Shown piece after piece: positions 61,200 to 64,000 of a stretch of 64,000 bases of DNA; position 1 is the first letter of the stretch; every line of letters starts with the position of its first letter. A program made the translations under genes and the position numbers. The stretch spans positions 133,424,001 through 133,488,000 of the forward strand of contig OZ024740.1 in assembly GCA_964016885.1 (NCBI GenBank). The letters are read 5' to 3'. Source of the stretch: Eledone cirrhosa (taxonomy: Eukaryota). Under the pieces are notes generated by a model. That model had not been told where the DNA came from, made no database searches, and was given only the letters and a program-made list of their open reading frames with translations.

Positions 61200-64000
61200 A
61201 TGACCTCACTCAGAATAGGCAGCATAAATGCGCGTGGCTTGGATGTCATTGAAGTAGGGTCACCTGCTCAACGACCTCAGGTAACTAAACATAGATGTAG
61301 TGGCCATCAGCGAAACCAGAATCTACGAAGCACGCGTCTTCGCACCGATCTTCGGCGGCTACGATGTGTACGCATCTCCAAGCCGTCCTGGATCGGGGGG
61401 AGGAGTTGCTGTGCTTTTTCGGAGAGGTTTGGATCTCGCCATACGGACCATCTTCCTGGACCCAGAAGGTAAGTTGGTGGTGCTGGACGTGACCAGCGGA
61501 GACGGGCAAGCTTTCAGGCTAGTGGCCGTCTATGCCCCGACAGGAGCAGGGCAGCCTGATTTCTTCCGGCGTCTGGAGATCTTTCTTGGAACGTCCCGCT
61601 CCTTAGTGTTAGGGAGCGACTGGAACGGGATCTTAGATGTACGCTGGGACTGTGTGGGATTAGAGAATAGGGGAGGAGGGTACAAGAGCCACACCAACCT
61701 GCTCAGGCGTTTTGAACTGTCTGACGGGTACCGATTGGATTTCCCGAATGTGCCAATGTGGAAATCGCATAGGGTCATCCAGTTCATATCTAGATAGAGT
61801 ATTTTGTAGAGAAATAGATAGGTCTAGCATAGGCTGTTCACAATTCAAGATAGTCAGTTACACGGACCACAAATGCGTGATCTGTGTGCTTGACTTAGAT
61901 AGGCTTCATAGACGAGGACCCGGCTACTGGAAGCTAAACGCGTCCTTACCAGCGCGCAAGCCCTCCAGAGACCGGATTAGCGAACTAGTTAAGCGGGCGT
62001 TGACGGGGGCCATCGTCAACAACAAGTGGGGGTTTGCTCTGAAAAGAGCGATTAGAATAGAATCCATTAGGTTTAGTAAGGCTTTAGCAATAGAGAAAAA
62101 TAGAGCAGAGGGAGAACTAGTTAGAAGATTAGACGAGGCGCTTAGCAAAGGCATTGCGACCGACGTGCTTGCGGCGAAATTGGCCCTTGACCAATTTTTC
62201 AATGCAAAGCACGAAGGCTGCGTTGTCAGAGCAAGGGTGCGTGCTCTCAGACACGAGGGGACGAAAGCCGTTCAATGGGCCCGAGTGGCGGAGGCGCGTC
62301 GTGGCAACAAAGCCACGATCCGGTCTTTGGTGGACCACGACGGGCGCATGCTACTCGATCCCGGGCAAATGTGTGAAGCTTTTCAGCGACACTTCGCTCA
62401 GCTGTTCGGGGGCAGTGGTGGGCCGGGTCGAGAGATGGACTTTAGTGTCTACCTCGACGGGCTGCTGCGGCTCTCGGCCACTGAGGCGAAGTGTTGCGAA
62501 AAGCCGATAACAGCCGCTGAAGTAAGGGAGGCAATGACTGGCTGCACAAGGGGTAAATCGCCTGGTTTGGATGGTCTGCACTATGAACTTTACGTACAGA
62601 TGCCAGACTTGTTCGGAGGCCTCTTGGCGGACGTCTACTGCAACTGGCAACAGAACGGGAGAATTCCCAGCTCTGTGAGCCGAGGAGCGGTAGCGCTGCT
62701 GAGAAAGGATTCGAACAAGGGGTATAACATAGATAATTTCAGGCCCATAACTCTACTAAACACAGAGTTCAAGATTTTGGCCAAGGTGCTAGCAAAGAGG
62801 TTGGCGCTTATCGTTGGTGGTCTGGTGGGAGAGGCGCAGACATGCGCCATTCCCGCCAGATCCATCCATGAAACCTCCACCTCATGCGATACATCATAGA
62901 GAGGGTAGCTAGGGAACCTGGCACGGGTGGGTCCTTGATCAATTTAGATCAGTCGAAAGCCTTCGATAGGGTCGACCATCATTATCTGGCGGCTGTCCTG
63001 AGGGCGGCTGGCTTTATGTACGTCTCCAGAGGCTGGATCGCTGTTATGCACAGCGACATCTGCTCTGTGGTGAGAACTGTTCAACATCATGCGCTCGGTC
63101 CGCCAAGGATGTCCCCTCTCATCCCTCTTGTACGTATTGACTCTCGAGCCATTACTGCACAAACTGGAGACGTTGAGGGGCGTCCCGCGTGAACTAGAAT
63201 GCGGAAGATCCGTGTCAGCATATGCGGACGATGTCACCGTAGTGGTGTCGAACGCCAAACACATCGAGGCGATCGGCACTACACTAAGAGAAATCGAGGT
63301 AGTGACAGGAGCAATGATCAACCAGGAAAATTCAGTGGGCCTGCAGCTCGGCACCTGGAGAGGTAGGTCCATGCCGTCCAACAGCGTCGTCGGACGCTGG
63401 ACGGACGGACCGGTTAAATTGCTAGGGGTCTGGTTCGGTCCGGACCTCCAAACGGACAAAAACTGGGACGAGGTGACGAGCAGGGTGGCGTCTCTCACCC
63501 AGAAATGGGCGGAGAGGAGGCTATCACTGAAAGGTCGTGCGGAGGTGGCTAACGCGTACATCGCGTTCGTCATCTAATACCGCCTGACCGTCGTACCTTG
63601 TCCTAAGCCCCGCCTAACTGCGCTGGAGCGTTTGCTCTATCGCTTTTTGTGGAAGGGACGCGCTCCGATGGTCAGGCGGTCCATCTGCTGTCAACACCCG
63701 CTATGTGGAGGGCTGGGCATGCCGTGGTTGATGATGCGCAGGCACGCGCTCAGGCTACGACGTCTCCACTTCTTTCTCGACGCGTCTTTCCCCAGCTCGT
63801 CTCCTTGACGGAACTGCAGTCCTGGGTCAAGCGAAGACCGAAAGGGAGAGCTTGGAGACTGGAATGTCTTCAGAGGCTCACAGCGCTCGACCAGTCGGGC
63901 AATGTGATCGGTGGAAACTCCACCTCGGCGTTCTATAGAGGATTAGTGGAGGGGAAGACCGACGACGTACTTGGGTAAACTCTAGGCCTCGACGAAAATC
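61200..64000 (+). pseudogene. Tx1 ORF2: APE endonuclease plus RT, frameshifted
   Basis: SINARGL, AISET, VYAPT, GSDWN, LDRVF, TDH, WKLN, KSPGLDGL, FRPITLLNTEFKILAK, LDQSKAFDRVDH, RQGCPLS, YADD. Confidence 0.92.

Larger units (their letters stand above)
58788..64000 (+). mobile_element. Tx1/L1-clade LINE copy 2 (near full length, runs off the window)
   Basis: Two-ORF structure; colinear with copy 1. Confidence 0.92.

Overview
AT-rich, microsatellite-dense eukaryotic (animal) DNA. The SINE families and repeat style suggest an octopus-like cephalopod (inference). No host gene can be supported; the window is almost entirely transposon-derived. Contents: (i) at least three families of R4/Dong-like RLE non-LTR retrotransposons on the - strand, including one intact 1130-aa ORF (2595-5987); (ii) two Tx1/L1-clade APE LINEs on the + strand; (iii) two Penelope-like elements (GIY-YIG) with inverted pseudo-LTRs and minimal or variant hammerhead ribozymes; (iv) many tRNA-headed SINEs, RTE fragments, a hAT MITE, and hAT and mariner transposase relics. 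Most notable observations: about 18 kb (45.8-64 kb) built from R4, Tx1 and SINE insertions stacked into (TTA)n tracts with a fixed strand polarity; a conserved GT-AG intron-like segment retained in the 5' leader of the R4 copies; a SINE inside that leader with a dense T>C (antisense A>G) cluster resembling ADAR hyper-editing fixed by retrotransposition; a Tx1 copy whose 2.6-kb deletion has GT..AG ends; and palindromic double hammerheads. All coordinates and alignments were read by eye; element boundaries are approximate to within tens of bases.
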